Positions 36,440-37,609 of a stretch of DNA of 37,609 bases are shown in pieces (positions within the stretch are counted from its first letter, which is position 1; each line of letters begins with the position of its first letter). The notes below the pieces were generated by a model, which was given only the letters and a program-made list of their open reading frames with translations, searched no databases and was not told the DNA's origin. The stretch comes from Candidatus Heimdallarchaeota archaeon (GTDB lineage Archaea; Asgardarchaeota; Heimdallarchaeia; Heimdallarchaeales; Heimdallarchaeaceae). Location of the stretch: positions 1 to 37,609 of the forward strand of contig DAOVET010000022.1 of the NCBI GenBank assembly GCA_030668825.1, written 5' to 3'. The position numbers were made by a program, and so were the translations under genes.

Positions 36440-36694
36440 TTATTTTGATATTTTAAATACTTCATCGTTAGGACGTACTCTTTCTGGGACTTCAAAACCA
36501 ACCTTTTGACCTTTTTTGACGTTTTTCACTTCTTCACTTTCAATTTGCATAGATTTTACTATCATTTCAAAATCTGTAGTAGCTCCTAAAAATAATAATT
36601 TGTCTCCAATGTTTATCTCTCCAAGTACATCAATAGCTGCTACACTAGGTTTCACATAAAATTTGAACACTTCTCCAACTTTTTGATTTTTCAT
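36440..36694 (-). CDS. Stand-alone EF-Tu domain II-like protein (paralog of 8103..8357)
   Basis: 55 of 84 residues identical to 8103..8357, same length, ungapped. Confidence 0.82.
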   Translation of the reverse strand: MKNQKVGEVFKFYVKPSVAAIDVLGEINIGDKLLFLGATTDFEMIVKSMQIESEEVKNVKKGQKVGFEVPERVRPNDEVFKISK

Positions 36695-36826
36695 GAAATC
36701 ATTCTCCTGTAATTTTGCACATTAATAATATAAACTCACAGTCTTCTACTATACTTAATTAGCAAAGTTTTCCAGTTCAGTAACTGGATTATTTTGTGTA
36801 TTTAAAAAAATACTCAGAAACCTTGT

Positions 36827-37609
36827 TTATTTCAGATACTTTAATACTAATTCAGCAGCATTTCTTCCGGATTGCATTGATGGTTCAACCATTGGACCTA
36901 GAAAACTCCACATACCTGAATGGTAAAGACCTTTCATAAATCTGATTTTTTGTTTCCAAAGGAGCATATCGGTCCATCCTAATCCTGAACCGTGATGGTT
37001 GAGAGTGTATCTATGATATGTTAAGGGTGTACTTATATCCATTTGAACAATGTGCTTGCTAAGATTTGGTATTCTTTCTTCCATCCGTTTTATAAGCTTT
37101 TGAGCAAATTTCTCCTTGAATTTAGTGTATTTTTCACCACGATTAAGCCTTTTTCCTGCCTTCCAGTGATTGCTATAATCAAATGTTGCTGGAGAGAGGA
37201 GATGGATCCCATGGTGTTCTGCTTTTGCTCCTTTTAGTTTAAAGGATTCATCGTGAAGTGTGTTAAATTTTGCTACAAAACTGTTTTTCTCAGGATTGTT
37301 AGGTTTACCTGCTTCTACAATGTCATTAGTGTTCAGTAAAAGAACATCAGAACCGTCAAAATCGTAATCAGAAGGATTCAAATCCGTTACAATGGAGACA
37401 GAAAACCAAGAATCTGCAAAGGGTGTCTCATCAATTTTGCGCTTGAACTTCTTTGGAAGTATCTCTGGATTAAGTAATTGATAATAAAGCTGTTTTGCAT
37501 CTATAGCTGCTACGATAGATTTAGCTGTAAACTTAGATTTATCTTCTAGAACAACGCCTTTGATTCTTTTATCTTCCAGTTCAATTTTCACTACTTTCTT
37601 GGAATAAAC
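36827..37609 (-). CDS. Phytoene desaturase/retinol saturase-like FAD-dependent oxidoreductase (partial, N-terminus outside window)
   Basis: STPLTYHRYTLNHHGSGLGW, GLYHSGMWSFLGP and SGRNAA are C-terminal motifs of the CrtI family. The frame is open to the window end. Confidence 0.8.
   Translation of the reverse strand, partial: VYSKKVVKIELEDKRIKGVVLEDKSKFTAKSIVAAIDAKQLYYQLLNPEILPKKFKRKIDETPFADSWFSVSIVTDLNPSDYDFDGSDVLLLNTNDIVEAGKPNNPEKNSFVAKFNTLHDESFKLKGAKAEHHGIHLLSPATFDYSNHWKAGKRLNRGEKYTKFKEKFAQKLIKRMEERIPNLSKHIVQMDISTPLTYHRYTLNHHGSGLGWTDMLLWKQKIRFMKGLYHSGMWSFLGPMVEPSMQSGRNAAELVLKYLK

Noticed and set aside
3088-37237. Other short track ORFs (3088, 3949, 8250, 16209, 16258, 17603, 19501, 20049, 23565, 23631, 26164, 27527, 30404, 37043)
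   Set aside because: They overlap well-supported genes in another frame or strand and show no recognisable features.
1-37609. CRISPR array, integron cassette array, IS elements, tRNA/rRNA
   Set aside because: I saw no regularly spaced repeats, no shared attC-like intergenic element, no transposase or integrase ORF, and no GC-rich structural RNA segment.

Overview
AT-rich archaeal genomic window, most likely from an Asgard archaeon of Heimdallarchaeia type. This is an inference from an Arf-family small GTPase, a longin-like protein, an Asgard-style 7TM protein, several Asgard-type winged-helix regulators and archaeal TATA boxes about 25-30 nt upstream of start codons. It is a mosaic accessory and metabolic region of about 38 genes. 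I see no rRNA, tRNA, CRISPR array, transposase or integrase. Redox genes include an AprA/AsfA-like flavoprotein with a ferredoxin and a tungsten aldehyde:ferredoxin oxidoreductase module (aor, MoaD/SAMP, radical SAM maturase). Lipid- and amide-processing genes include a Cwh43/PGAP2IP-like polytopic EEP enzyme, two paralogous membrane-anchored Ntn hydrolases, an alpha/beta hydrolase with DegV, a patatin, an M20 amidohydrolase and a partial CrtI/RetSat-like oxidoreductase. Other genes are an ABC-2 exporter operon, a two-domain aspartic protease and two surface proteins sharing a VIPE-TM-basic C-terminal sorting signal. Outside intact genes there is a 193-bp duplicated gene 3' end bracketing a two-gene Cys-rich cassette, three palindromic operator sets and several gene-decay scars. 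All family calls come from motif recognition by eye, with no database searches.
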